NCBI GenBank assembly: GCA_963724295.1
Contig: CAVRUC010000002.1
Location: forward strand, 32,001-96,000
Source: an uncultured Chloroflexia bacterium
GTDB lineage: Bacteria > Chloroflexota > Chloroflexia > Thermomicrobiales > UBA6265
Reading direction: 5' to 3'
Length of the DNA: 64,000 bases
This document shows, one piece after another, positions 51,440-60,083 of this stretch. Position 1 is the first letter of the stretch, and each line of letters begins with the position of its first letter. Under the pieces are notes generated by a model. It saw nothing but the letters and a program-made list of their open reading frames with translations, ran no database searches and was not told the origin of the DNA. Made by a program: the position numbers and the translations under genes.

Positions 51440-52558
51440 GTGTCGCGCGTCACGCTGGTGCAAGTCGGGATGGGAACGGTCGGCGGCGAGCTGATCGAGC
51501 AAGCGATTGCTAACCGCGACCGCTGGTGGGACGCTCACGGGCTCGATGTCCGGATCGGCGCCGTAATCGGACTCGGTGGCGCGCTGGTGACGCCGGAGCC
51601 GGACGGTCTTGACGACGACCTGCTGCACGGGCTGGTGCACTCCCGGCGCGCCGGGCAGGCCCTGCGCGAGGCCGCGGCGGGGCGCGAGCTGGTCGAGGCG
51701 CCGGAAGCGATCGCGATGCTCGTCAATCAGGGCCCGGTGATCGTCATGGATGCCGCCGCCGGTGACGAGACCGCCCCCCTCGATGCCCGCGCCCTCGCCT
51801 CGGGCGCGGGGGTGGTCCTTTCCAATAAGGCTCCGCTGGCATTGCCGCTGCAGAACCCGCTCGCGGCCGAGCTGTGGGCTACGGCAGGACCACGCGGTCA
51901 TCTCCGCTACGAGGCGACGTGCGGCGCGGGACTGCCGGTGATCTCTACCCTGCGCTCCATCCTCGACACCGGCGATGAGCCGATCGAGATCGTCGGCGCG
52001 CTCTCCGGCACCCTCGGCGCGATCTTCACCGACCTCGGTAACCGGGTCAGCTTTTCCCAGGCTGTGCGGTCGGCGAAGGCGAACGGCTTCACCGAGCCCG
52101 ATCCCCGCGACGATCTGAGCGGACTCGACGTGGCGCGCAAAGCGCTCATCCTGGCGCGAACGATCGGCCGGCGGGTGAATCTCGACGAGATCGCTGTCGA
52201 GAATCTCGTGCCGGAGGCACTACAAACAGTTGGGGTGCCCGGGTTCATGGATCGGCTGGGAGAGCTGGATACGGAATGGACGCGGCGCGCGGAAGCGGCG
52301 CGGGCCTCCGGGTCGACGCTGAAATACGTCGCCACGGTCCCCACCGAGGGGCCGATCGCCGTGGGCGTGCGCGAGGTGCCGACGAGCAGCCTGCTCGGCT
52401 CGCTGCAAGGTCCGGAAAACGTGGTCGTCATCCGCACCGCTCGCTACGACGCAAACCCGCTCACCATCGTCGGTCCCGGCGCCGGCGCGGCCGTCACCGC
52501 CGCCGGCATGACGAGCGACATGCTGGCGCTGGGCGCGTTGCTGACGCGCCGGGGGTGA
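51440..52558 (+). CDS. Homoserine dehydrogenase
   Basis: GMGTVG, SNK, YEATCGAGLPVI, SGTL, GFTEPDPRDDLSGLDVARK, GPGAG...TA. Confidence 0.93.
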   Translation: MSRVTLVQVGMGTVGGELIEQAIANRDRWWDAHGLDVRIGAVIGLGGALVTPEPDGLDDDLLHGLVHSRRAGQALREAAAGRELVEAPEAIAMLVNQGPVIVMDAAAGDETAPLDARALASGAGVVLSNKAPLALPLQNPLAAELWATAGPRGHLRYEATCGAGLPVISTLRSILDTGDEPIEIVGALSGTLGAIFTDLGNRVSFSQAVRSAKANGFTEPDPRDDLSGLDVARKALILARTIGRRVNLDEIAVENLVPEALQTVGVPGFMDRLGELDTEWTRRAEAARASGSTLKYVATVPTEGPIAVGVREVPTSSLLGSLQGPENVVVIRTARYDANPLTIVGPGAGAAVTAAGMTSDMLALGALLTRRG

Positions 52559-52562
52559 GACG

Positions 52563-52665
52563 AGGGTGACGGGACACAGGGTGGCGGGGTGGCAGGGTGG
52601 CAAGGAGAACGATTCCCCGCCACCCTGCCACCACGAGCGCAGCGAGTCATCACCCGACACCCAAT
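52563..52665. repeat. Family A repeat between convergent genes
   Basis: GGGTGGCGGGGTGGCAGGGTGGCA...CCACCCTGCCACCACGAGCGCAGCGAGTCATCACCC. Confidence 0.8.
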
Positions 52666-53283
52666 ATCCCCCGTCGTACTCCATATCGCGAGCGGTGCGG
52701 CTGGCGACCTCGTCGCCGTGCAGCCGGCGGACGACGTGGAGCGCCATGTCGATGCCGGCGGAGACCCCGGCCGAGGTGATGATCTCGCCTTCGTCGACGA
52801 CGCGCGCGTCGCTCAGGACATCGGTCGTCGGCAGCTCGTGCGCAGTCCGTCGATCGTCGTCCAGTGCGTCGTAGCGCGCAGACCGTCCAGCAGCCCGGCT
52901 GCTCCCAGCAGGAAGGCCCCGGTGCAGACACTCGTCGTCAAGGCGCCGGTGCGGCGCTGCCGCGCGATCCAGTCGAGGACGACCGGGTTCTCTTGCTCGC
53001 GGCGGGTGCCATAGCCGCCAGGAACGACCACCAGGTCGAGCGGCGGATGATCTTCGAGCGTGTGATTCGGCTGCACGAGGAGACCGCCACGACAGGCGAC
53101 GACCTGTGGCCGCTCTGCCACCGTGAAGACTTCGAAGAGCCGCGTCTCGGGACCACCATCGGTTTCCGCCGGCAATGTGGCGCTGGCGAAGACCTCGAAT
53201 GGCCCACAGAAATCGAGAATCTCCACATCCGGAAAGATCAGGATGCCGACATTCCGCGGTTGCGCGGATCTGGGGCATGTCAC
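52650..53283 (-). CDS. DJ-1/PfpI family protein (frameshift near 52835; stop uncertain)
   Basis: EILDFCGPFEVF, VVPGG.G, SVCTGA, ATTHW, ITSAGVSAGIDMAL. Confidence 0.9.
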
Positions 53284-53426
53284 GACATCCTCTCGTTTCA
53301 CGAGCGCGCATGCAGCGCTTGACTTCGGTAGAGTAGATGAGCTCGCAACTGGCCAGGATTAGGCAGCCGGGGTGCCGTTTGGCTCTCGCACGTCATCGTG
53401 ACGTCATAGATCGGAAGGAGACCGCG

Positions 53427-54527
53427 TTGACAGCGACCGCGTCACAATCGACCAATGCCGCGCCCGATGAGATCACCGGCCGCATATTCTCGTCGATGAT
53501 CCACGCCTTTGAGATCTTCTGCGTCTACGTTGGCGACCAGCTCGGGTTCTACCGGGCCCTGCATCAGGGCGGCCCGGCGACCGCCGGCGAGCTCGCGGCT
53601 CGTGCCGGAACGAGCGAACGCTACACCCGCGAGTGGCTGGAGCAGCAGGCCGTCGCCGGCTTCCTCGCGGTTGACAACCCGGATGCTGGCGCCGCCGAGC
53701 GTCGGTTTCGCCTGCCGGAGGGCTACGAGGCGGTGTTCGTCGATCCGGAGAGTTTGATCGGCGGGGTCTCGATGGCCCAGATAACGGTTGGCACGGTGTC
53801 GCCCCTGAACCAGCTTCTGGAGGCGTTTCGCACCGGTGATGGGGTCCCGTATGCCGACTATGGCCGGGACCTTCAAGAGGGACAGGCGCGGGTCAATCGC
53901 CCCGCCCTCACGCACCTGCTGGCGCGGGAGTGGATCCCGGCGATGCCGGATATTGACGCTCGCCTCCAGGCTGACCCGCCGGCCCGCATCGCCGACATCG
54001 GCATGGGACAGGCGTGGTCGAGCATCGCCCTGGCTCGTGCCTACCCCAAGGCGCGGATCGACGGGTTCGACCTCGACGAGGCCTCGGTGGTGGCGGCGCG
54101 GGAGAATGTCCGCGCCGCTGGGGTCGACGATCGGGTCACCATGCATGCGCGCGACGCCGGGGATCCCGAGCTGGCCGGGCAGTATGACTTCGCCCTCGCC
54201 GTGGAGTGCGTCCATGACATGTCCGATCCGGTTGCGGTGCTGAGCGCGATGCGCCGCCTCGTCGGACCGGGCGGGACGGTCCTGATCGTCGACGAGCGAG
54301 TTCCTGATGCCTTCGCGCCCAACGGCGACGACGTCGAGCGGGTGATGTACGGATTCAGCGTGCTGCATTGCCTGCCGGTCGGCATGGTCGACAAGCCGTC
54401 TGTGGAGACGGGGGCTGTCATGCGGCGCCCCACCTTCCGCCGCTACGCCGAGCAGGCAGGATTCAGCCAGGTCGACGAGCTCCCGGTGGAGCATGACACC
54501 TTCCGCTTCTACCGGCTCCGAGGGTGA
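53427..54527 (+). CDS. SAM-dependent methyltransferase with N-terminal wHTH (Rv2258c-like)
   Basis: GDQLGFY, ERYTREWL, ADIGMGQAWS, ECVHDMSDP, S..HCLP; AAGGAG RBS then TTG. Confidence 0.9.
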   Translation: MTATASQSTNAAPDEITGRIFSSMIHAFEIFCVYVGDQLGFYRALHQGGPATAGELAARAGTSERYTREWLEQQAVAGFLAVDNPDAGAAERRFRLPEGYEAVFVDPESLIGGVSMAQITVGTVSPLNQLLEAFRTGDGVPYADYGRDLQEGQARVNRPALTHLLAREWIPAMPDIDARLQADPPARIADIGMGQAWSSIALARAYPKARIDGFDLDEASVVAARENVRAAGVDDRVTMHARDAGDPELAGQYDFALAVECVHDMSDPVAVLSAMRRLVGPGGTVLIVDERVPDAFAPNGDDVERVMYGFSVLHCLPVGMVDKPSVETGAVMRRPTFRRYAEQAGFSQVDELPVEHDTFRFYRLRG

Positions 54528-54545
54528 GTGCTCCCTGCGGTCGCG

Positions 54546-54672
54546 GTGATTGTTCGCTGCGCTCACGGTGGCCGGGTGGCAGGGTGACGGGCAGCGTTCG
54601 TCCTGCCACCCCGCGACCCCACGACCCCGCCACCCATGACCCATCACCCGCCACCCTGACACCCTGTCACCC
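54546..54672. repeat. Family A repeat
   Basis: TTCGCTGCGCTCACGGTGGCCGGGTGGCAGGG...CCTGCCACCCC...CCCATCACCC. Confidence 0.8.
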
Positions 54673-54903
54673 AAAAACATGACTCCTGGGTCATTGGAAA
54701 GAAACCGCAATCGATGAAAAGGCGTTAACGTCCGCGAGGGATGGTGCGTCCAGCCGAACGCTGGCGCAATATTTCGCACGTTAGGTGCAACCGAATAGTT
54801 ACGGCGCATGATGCGCTCGCCTCCGCACGCGAGCGCAATCCTGTCCGGAAACCCGCAGGACGGCCCGCACCGTTTGCGGACAGGCCCAGGAGGGAAGGGA
54901 GCG

Positions 54904-55872
54904 ATGCGTCGCCTCGCTTCGTTGTTCGTCAGTGTCATGCTGGCACTAGGCACGTTTGCCTGGATTGCTCCGGTCCCAGTCGCATTCGCGCAGGATTCCG
55001 GATACTCCCCCGATGGGGAGGAGTGGGCCTTCGTCGAGCTGCTCAATGCCTATCGAGGCGAGCTGGGTCTGGCCCCGGTGACGCTGAACTCCGAGCTCGG
55101 CGCCGCCGCCGAGTATCACAGCGTCGATATGGCAACGAACAATTATTTCAGTCATTACCCGCTCGATGGCACCGATGCCGGCACGAACATCCAGAACTTC
55201 GGGTACACCGGGTTCCCCTACGCCGAGAACATCGCCGCCGGGATGGAAACCGCGCAGGAGGTTCTCACCGGCTGGCAGAACAGCCCCGACCACAACGCGA
55301 CGATGACCAACCCGCAGTACACCGAGGTCGGCATCGGCCGCGCCTACAACGAGGGAACGCAGTACGGCTGGTACTGGACCGCGACCTACGGCGGCGGTGA
55401 AGGTCCGCAGACCGCGCCGGTCCAGGTGACCGACCCGGCGCTCGTGACCGAGGCCAGCCTGCCGGAGACCGTCACCACGGTCGATGAGGCGCCGAGCGTG
55501 ATCACCAACGACGGTGGCACGGTGGAGTTGGTCGAGTTCCAGCAGCCCGCGATCAATGCCGATGGCGAATACGTGGCCTCCAGTGGAGCCAATCCCGTCG
55601 CCGATGGCACCGGGGAAACGCTCGAGTACGGCGACCTCAATACCGGCGGTCGCCAGGGCGAGACCATCATCTATGAGGCGCCGTCGCTGAGTGTCTCGGG
55701 TGAGGCGGCCGCACCCGCACCCGCGCCCGCTCCGGAAACCACGACCACGACGACTACGACGACCGCACCAGCGCCAGAAGCGGCGGCGCCGGTCTCCACA
55801 GATGCAACCTTCACCGAGACGACGACGACAGTCATCGAGATGAACGAGGGGAACGGCCAGGCGCGCGGGTAG
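54904..55872 (+). CDS. Secreted CAP (SCP) domain protein with acidic Thr/Pro-rich tail
   Basis: Signal peptide, LNAYR, HS.DM..NYFSH, ENIA, W.NSP.H, VGIG. Confidence 0.9.
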   Translation: MRRLASLFVSVMLALGTFAWIAPVPVAFAQDSGYSPDGEEWAFVELLNAYRGELGLAPVTLNSELGAAAEYHSVDMATNNYFSHYPLDGTDAGTNIQNFGYTGFPYAENIAAGMETAQEVLTGWQNSPDHNATMTNPQYTEVGIGRAYNEGTQYGWYWTATYGGGEGPQTAPVQVTDPALVTEASLPETVTTVDEAPSVITNDGGTVELVEFQQPAINADGEYVASSGANPVADGTGETLEYGDLNTGGRQGETIIYEAPSLSVSGEAAAPAPAPAPETTTTTTTTTAPAPEAAAPVSTDATFTETTTTVIEMNEGNGQARG

Positions 55873-55890
55873 CGCGGCACTTTCTCGTCG

Positions 55891-55983
55891 TGTCATCTTG
55901 AGGAACGAAGGATCTCGGCCGAAGGCCGCGTTCATACGCCGCAGCCAAGATTCTGCAAGTTCGCCTGCTGGCTCGGCATGACA
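55891..55983. repeat. Repeat family D (TGTCAT...ATGACA bounded palindrome)
   Basis: TGTCATCTTGAGGAACGAAGGATCT...AGATTCTGCAAGTTCGCCTGCTGGCTCGGCATGACA. Confidence 0.7.
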
Positions 55984-56085
55984 CTGGCTTAGCAAAGCGC
56001 GGGAGCGGCCGCACTCGTGGCCGCTCCCGTGTCGTGAATGCCACACGCCGGCGCGGCGCGGGTTCCCGTGAGCTGAGAGGAACGC

Positions 56086-56865
56086 ATGCACGAGAGCGTG
56101 GCGACCACGACCGGCGATCATGTCGCCCGGAACCGCGTGGCCTGGGATCGCATGGCCGCCGACTACGTCGAGAGCGGTCGCCGCAACTGGGCGAGTGATG
56201 AGATCACCTGGGGCATCTTCGACGTCCCGGAGTCGCGGATCGGCATGCTGCCGCCCGATCTGACCGGCATGGAGACCGTCGAGCTCGGCTGCGGAACAGC
56301 CTACGTCTCGGCCTGGCTGGCGCGGCGCGGGGCGCGTCCGGTCGGCATCGACAACTCCCCGGCGCAGCTGGAGACGGCGCGGCGCTTCCAGTCCGAGTTC
56401 GGGCTCACCTTCCCGCTCCACCTCGGCGACGCCGAGCAGACACCGTTCGCCGCCGAGAGCTTCGACTTCGCCATCAGCGAGTACGGCGCCGCCATCTGGT
56501 GCGATCCCTACCGCTGGATTCCCGAGGCAGCCCGCATCCTGCGTCCCGGCGGGCGGCTTTCGTTCCTGGGCAACTCGGTGCTGCTGATGCTCACCACGCC
56601 AACCGACGATGAAGACGCGCCCGCCAGCGAGCAGTTGCAGCGGCCACTCTTCGGCATGTACCGCTTTGCCTGGCAGGACGGCGCGGTCGAGTTCCACCTA
56701 CCCCACGGCGAGATGATCCGCCTGCTGCGAGACAGCGGCTTCGAGGTCGAGGACCTGGTCGAAGTGGAGATCGCGCAGGACGCGACGACCCGCTACCCGT
56801 TCGTCTCGGCGGAGTGGGCGCGTCGCTGGCCGGCGGAAGAGGTCTGGAAAGTTCGGAAGCGCTAG
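56086..56865 (+). CDS. Class I SAM-dependent methyltransferase
   Basis: ELGCGTAY, GDAEQTPF..ESFD, EAARILRPGG. Confidence 0.92.
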   Translation: MHESVATTTGDHVARNRVAWDRMAADYVESGRRNWASDEITWGIFDVPESRIGMLPPDLTGMETVELGCGTAYVSAWLARRGARPVGIDNSPAQLETARRFQSEFGLTFPLHLGDAEQTPFAAESFDFAISEYGAAIWCDPYRWIPEAARILRPGGRLSFLGNSVLLMLTTPTDDEDAPASEQLQRPLFGMYRFAWQDGAVEFHLPHGEMIRLLRDSGFEVEDLVEVEIAQDATTRYPFVSAEWARRWPAEEVWKVRKR

Positions 56866-56908
56866 GACTCCGCGGGGGGACCGGATCCCGCGGTCACGAT
56901 CCGCGAGG

Positions 56909-57472
56909 TCATTCCTCGACCGCGGAGCCCGCCATGATCGGGAATGTCAGGGCGGCATAGATCGATGCCAACCACCGTGATGGCCTGACCCCGAGCAGCA
57001 CCGGTTCTGTGAAGCCTGCCGCACGCGCTACCTCCTGGAAGGCGGTGTACGACATCGGATACGGCACCCAGCTGTTTCCCGTTTCGGTGTCGTACTCGAC
57101 CACGATCAACCGGCCTTCCGGCTGCAGATACTCCCGCCACCGTTGCAGGAGAGCCACATGATCTCGCTTGGGGATGTAGTGGATGGCATTGGCGACGACG
57201 ATGCCGTCGAGGGGCGGCAACGTGAGACGGCCGGCGATGTCCGCCTGGAAGAGGCGGAGCTGGGTGCCAGGAAAGTGCCGCTCCATGCTTGCCCGCAGCG
57301 TCCGCAGGCTGGCCCGGTCCTGATCGATGGCGATGATTGCCGCGTCCGGACCGGCAATATCGCGCAGCGCGAGCGTGAAGGCGCCGCTGCCGGCGCCGAA
57401 ATCGGCCCAGACACCGCCCCGATCCCGCTCGATCGCGGCCTCGATCAACCGCACGTGATCGTCGTGGTTCAC
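56909..57472 (-). CDS. Class I SAM-dependent methyltransferase
   Basis: WADFGAGSGAFT, LDGIVVANAIHY, VVEYD; GGAGG RBS then GTG. Confidence 0.9.
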   Translation of the reverse strand: MNHDDHVRLIEAAIERDRGGVWADFGAGSGAFTLALRDIAGPDAAIIAIDQDRASLRTLRASMERHFPGTQLRLFQADIAGRLTLPPLDGIVVANAIHYIPKRDHVALLQRWREYLQPEGRLIVVEYDTETGNSWVPYPMSYTAFQEVARAAGFTEPVLLGVRPSRWLASIYAALTFPIMAGSAVEE

Positions 57473-57493
57473 CAGGAGACTCCTCCACGGGGG

Positions 57494-57548
57494 TTGACAG
57501 GGGGCGGAGCAGGGAGTAAGATTGCCATAGTCTACTAAAAAGGTAGAC
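57494..57548 (+). promoter_or_regulatory. sigma70 promoter plus palindromic operator 1
   Basis: TTGACA(57494)-17-TAAGAT(57517); GTCTAC-TAAAAAG-GTAGAC at 57530-57548. Confidence 0.8.
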
Positions 57549-57700
57549 AAAGGAGACAAACCGGTGGGCGCGTCGACCTCCCTCCCCGACGCGTCCACCC
57601 CGGCCCCGGAGCGTACTTCCCGCTCCACTGCACGGTTCACTCCTTCCCCCTCCCCTCTGTCCTGACAAGGACCCGGTCTCAGCCGGGTCCTTGTCGTGGG
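57529..57700 (+). ncRNA. Putative small RNA 1 with C-rich anti-SD-like loops
   Basis: 13-bp hairpin with loop ACCUCCCUCCC, 6-bp hairpin with loop UACUUCC, C/U tract, perfect 13-bp terminal hairpin at 57664-57695. Confidence 0.6.
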
Positions 57701-57775
57701 CTTTCTCCTTCCTTCCACTCCCGGAGCGACGAGGCTCCACGGGTCCAGATGCGGAAAAAGACGAGCCGGGCCGGC

Positions 57776-57804
57776 TTGACAAATGTCCACTAAACCAGTA
57801 GACT
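57776..57804 (+). promoter_or_regulatory. sigma70 promoter overlapped by palindromic operator 2
   Basis: TTGACA(57776)-17-TAGACT(57799); GTCCAC-TAAACCA-GTAGAC at 57785-57803. Confidence 0.8.
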
Positions 57805-57810
57805 TTAGGT

Positions 57811-57980
57811 AGTCAATGGTCGGTGGTCGGTCCGAACGCCATCGACACGAGCGAACCAAGATCTGGACCCCGCTCCTTCCCTCCCCGGGAGCCCGGTCCA
57901 AAAAATCGGGAGACAGACCCTTCTCCCAACCTCAGCCGCCGAGAACCCGGCCTGCACTTGCGGGCCGGGTTCCCGCATTT
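57811..57980 (+). ncRNA. Putative small RNA 2 with C-rich anti-SD-like loop
   Basis: Hairpins at 57819-57846, 57864-57900 (loop UCCCUCCCC) and 57908-57927; terminal hairpin at 57943-57972. Confidence 0.6.
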
Positions 57981-58087
57981 GCGCGACGTGGCCGCGCGCG
58001 GCGAGAGGTCAGCCGCGGGAACACTGTGATCCTTTAAACTGCCTCACGTGACGGCATCGGAATTGACCGCTCATGCCGGAGATGGCA

Positions 58088-58513
58088 ATGGGATCGGCAC
58101 GCACCATTCTCTTCCTCTGCCCGCATAACGCCGCGAAGAGCGTCCTCGCCGCCGCGTACTTCGATCAGCTGGCGCGGGAACGTGGTCTCGACTACCAGGC
58201 CGCTTCGGCCGGGACCAGTCCGGATGCCGCGCCGTCGCCGGCCGTCGTCGCCATGCTGCGGGACGAGGGCATCGACGTCGCCGGCCACCGGCCGCGACGC
58301 CTGACCGCGGAGGACCTGACCAGCGCCCACCGGGTGATCTCTCTCGGGTGTGATCTGGACGACCTGACCGAAGGCAACGCGCCGGTGGATCGTTGGGATG
58401 ACGTGCCGCCGGCCAGCCGGGATCTGGCCGCATCGCGGGCCGCTATCAAGCGTCACCTGGACGCGCTCGTCAACGAGCTCGCCGCCGGCGGGCCGCAGAC
58501 GCCCGGGGTCTAG
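58088..58513 (+). CDS. Low-molecular-weight phosphatase / ArsC-like protein (alternative starts 58073 and 58082)
   Basis: ILFLCPHNAAKS, SAGT, GID, VISLGC, WDD. Confidence 0.85.
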   Translation: MGSARTILFLCPHNAAKSVLAAAYFDQLARERGLDYQAASAGTSPDAAPSPAVVAMLRDEGIDVAGHRPRRLTAEDLTSAHRVISLGCDLDDLTEGNAPVDRWDDVPPASRDLAASRAAIKRHLDALVNELAAGGPQTPGV

Positions 58514-58516
58514 CGG

Positions 58517-59750
58517 GTGACGATGATGCGGCAACCCGCCGCGGTCGGGTTCGAGTCCGCGGAGGCGCCCGTCGCGGAGGCGGCCGCCCGCGGCACGCTC
58601 TGGCAGTTGACGTCCTATTTCCTCAAGCTGGGAACCATCGGCTTCGGTGGTCCCGTCGCCCTCGTCGGCTACATGCAGCGCGACCTGGTCGAGCGCCATC
58701 GCTGGATCGACGACGAGGAGTACAAGCTCGGTCTGGCCCTCGCCCAGATCATGCCCGGACCCCTGGCGGCGCAGCTGGCGATGGCCATTGGCTACTTCGC
58801 CCACGGCGTCCTGGGCGCCACCCTCGTCGGTCTCGCGTTCGTGTTGCCCTCGTTTCTGATGGTGCTTGGCGCTTTCGGCGCTCTACGTGGCGTTCGGCGG
58901 GCTGTGGTGGATGCAGGCCGTCTTCTACGGCGTCTCCGCCGCCGTCATCGGCATCATCGCCATCGCCGCCTACAGGCTGGCTCGCAAGGTCAACGGCCGT
59001 GACCCGCTGCTGTGGGGCATCTTCGCCACGCTCTTCGTGGTGACCGCGGTCGCGCAGGCCGAGCTGGCCGAGTTCTTCCTCGTGGCCGGCATCCTGGTGT
59101 TGCTGGTGAAAGCGCCGCCATCGTGGTTGCGATCTCGCCTCCCCTTTCTCGGTCTCAGTCTGCACGCCATCGCGCTTCCGATCGTGGTGGTAGTGGCCAT
59201 CATCAGCGCACGGACGGATGTTCTCTGGGACATCTTGCTCTTCTTCACGAAGGCCGGCGCGTTGTCTTTCGTCTTCGGCAGCGGTCTGGCCATCGTGCCG
59301 TTCCTCTATGAGGGTGTCGTGCAGGGTCACCACTGGCTGACCGAGCAGCAGTTCCTCGATGCCGTGGCCATTGCCATGATCACCCCCGGACCGGTCGTCA
59401 TTACCGTCGCCTTCATCGGCTTTCTGGTCGCCGGGTTCCCGGGAGCAACCCTGGCCGCCGTCGGCATCTTCCTGCCGGTCTGGGTGCTGACCGTCATCCC
59501 GGCGCCCTGGTTCGTCCGCCACCGCAACAACGCGCAGCTGCGCGCCTTCTCGGACGGCGCGACGGCGGCCGCCAGCGGCGCCATCGCGGGAGCCGTGATC
59601 GTCCTCGGGCAGCGCGCGATCGTCGACATCCCCACGACCGCGATCGCCCTGGCGAGTCTGGGACTCCTCTGGCGGTTCAAGATCCCCGAGCCACTCCTCG
59701 TCGTCAGTGCCGGGCTGGCCGGCCTCGTCCTGGCGCCGTTGATCCGCTAG
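58517..59750 (+). CDS. chrA: Chromate transporter ChrA family (frameshift near 58865)
   Basis: FLKLG.IGFGGP, AQIMPGP, F.KAG..FGSG, AMITPGPV. Confidence 0.92.
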
Positions 59751-59775
59751 GTCCTGCGTAGATTTCCCAGGTAAG

Positions 59776-59946
59776 CCCTCACCCAGCAACCACCCTCACC
59801 CGCAACCGCCTCTCAAGACTCCCTCACCCCAACCGCCACCCAGAGGGTACCCGGCCCAGTGCGCTGGGCGAGGGGCTTCAACGCTGCCGCCGGCAGTTCG
59901 CCCTTCTCCCCGCTCCGAGGGGAGAAGGGTTGGGGATGAGGGGTTA
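59776..59946. repeat. Repeat family C
   Basis: CCCTCACCC units, CCCAGTGCGCTGGGCGAGGGGCT, CCCTTCTCCCCGCTCCGAGGGGAGAAGGG; inverted relative to 14956. Confidence 0.8.
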
Positions 59947-59966
59947 GGCTCTCCCTTCCACGGGGC

Positions 59967-60021
59967 TTGCCAAATCGGCGGCTCTCCTGTATTGTCGTTT
60001 TTGTCTACTAAATGAGTAGAC
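59967..60021 (+). promoter_or_regulatory. Sulfate ABC operon promoter plus palindromic operator 3
   Basis: TTGCCA(59967)-17-TATTGT(59990); GTCTAC-TAAATGA-GTAGAC at 60003-60021. Confidence 0.8.
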
Positions 60022-60083
60022 ATTACGGAATTACTGGACATTGCGCCATCGCCGAGGCGCGTCGTCTACGAAGGAAGGGTTTC

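Noticed and set aside
12918..56697. Long antisense or alternate-frame ORFs (e.g. 12918-15104, 49037-51901, 53442-55046, 54946-56697)
   Set aside because: Shadow ORFs of well-supported genes in high-GC DNA; R/P/G/A-rich with no recognisable motifs.
57564..57665. 33-aa ORF (MGASTSLPDA...) with an AGGAG RBS inside sRNA candidate 1
   Set aside because: The start codon is buried in a 13-bp stem, the composition merely reflects the C-rich loops, there are no Cys/Met sensor codons, and unit 2 has no counterpart. It cannot be fully excluded.
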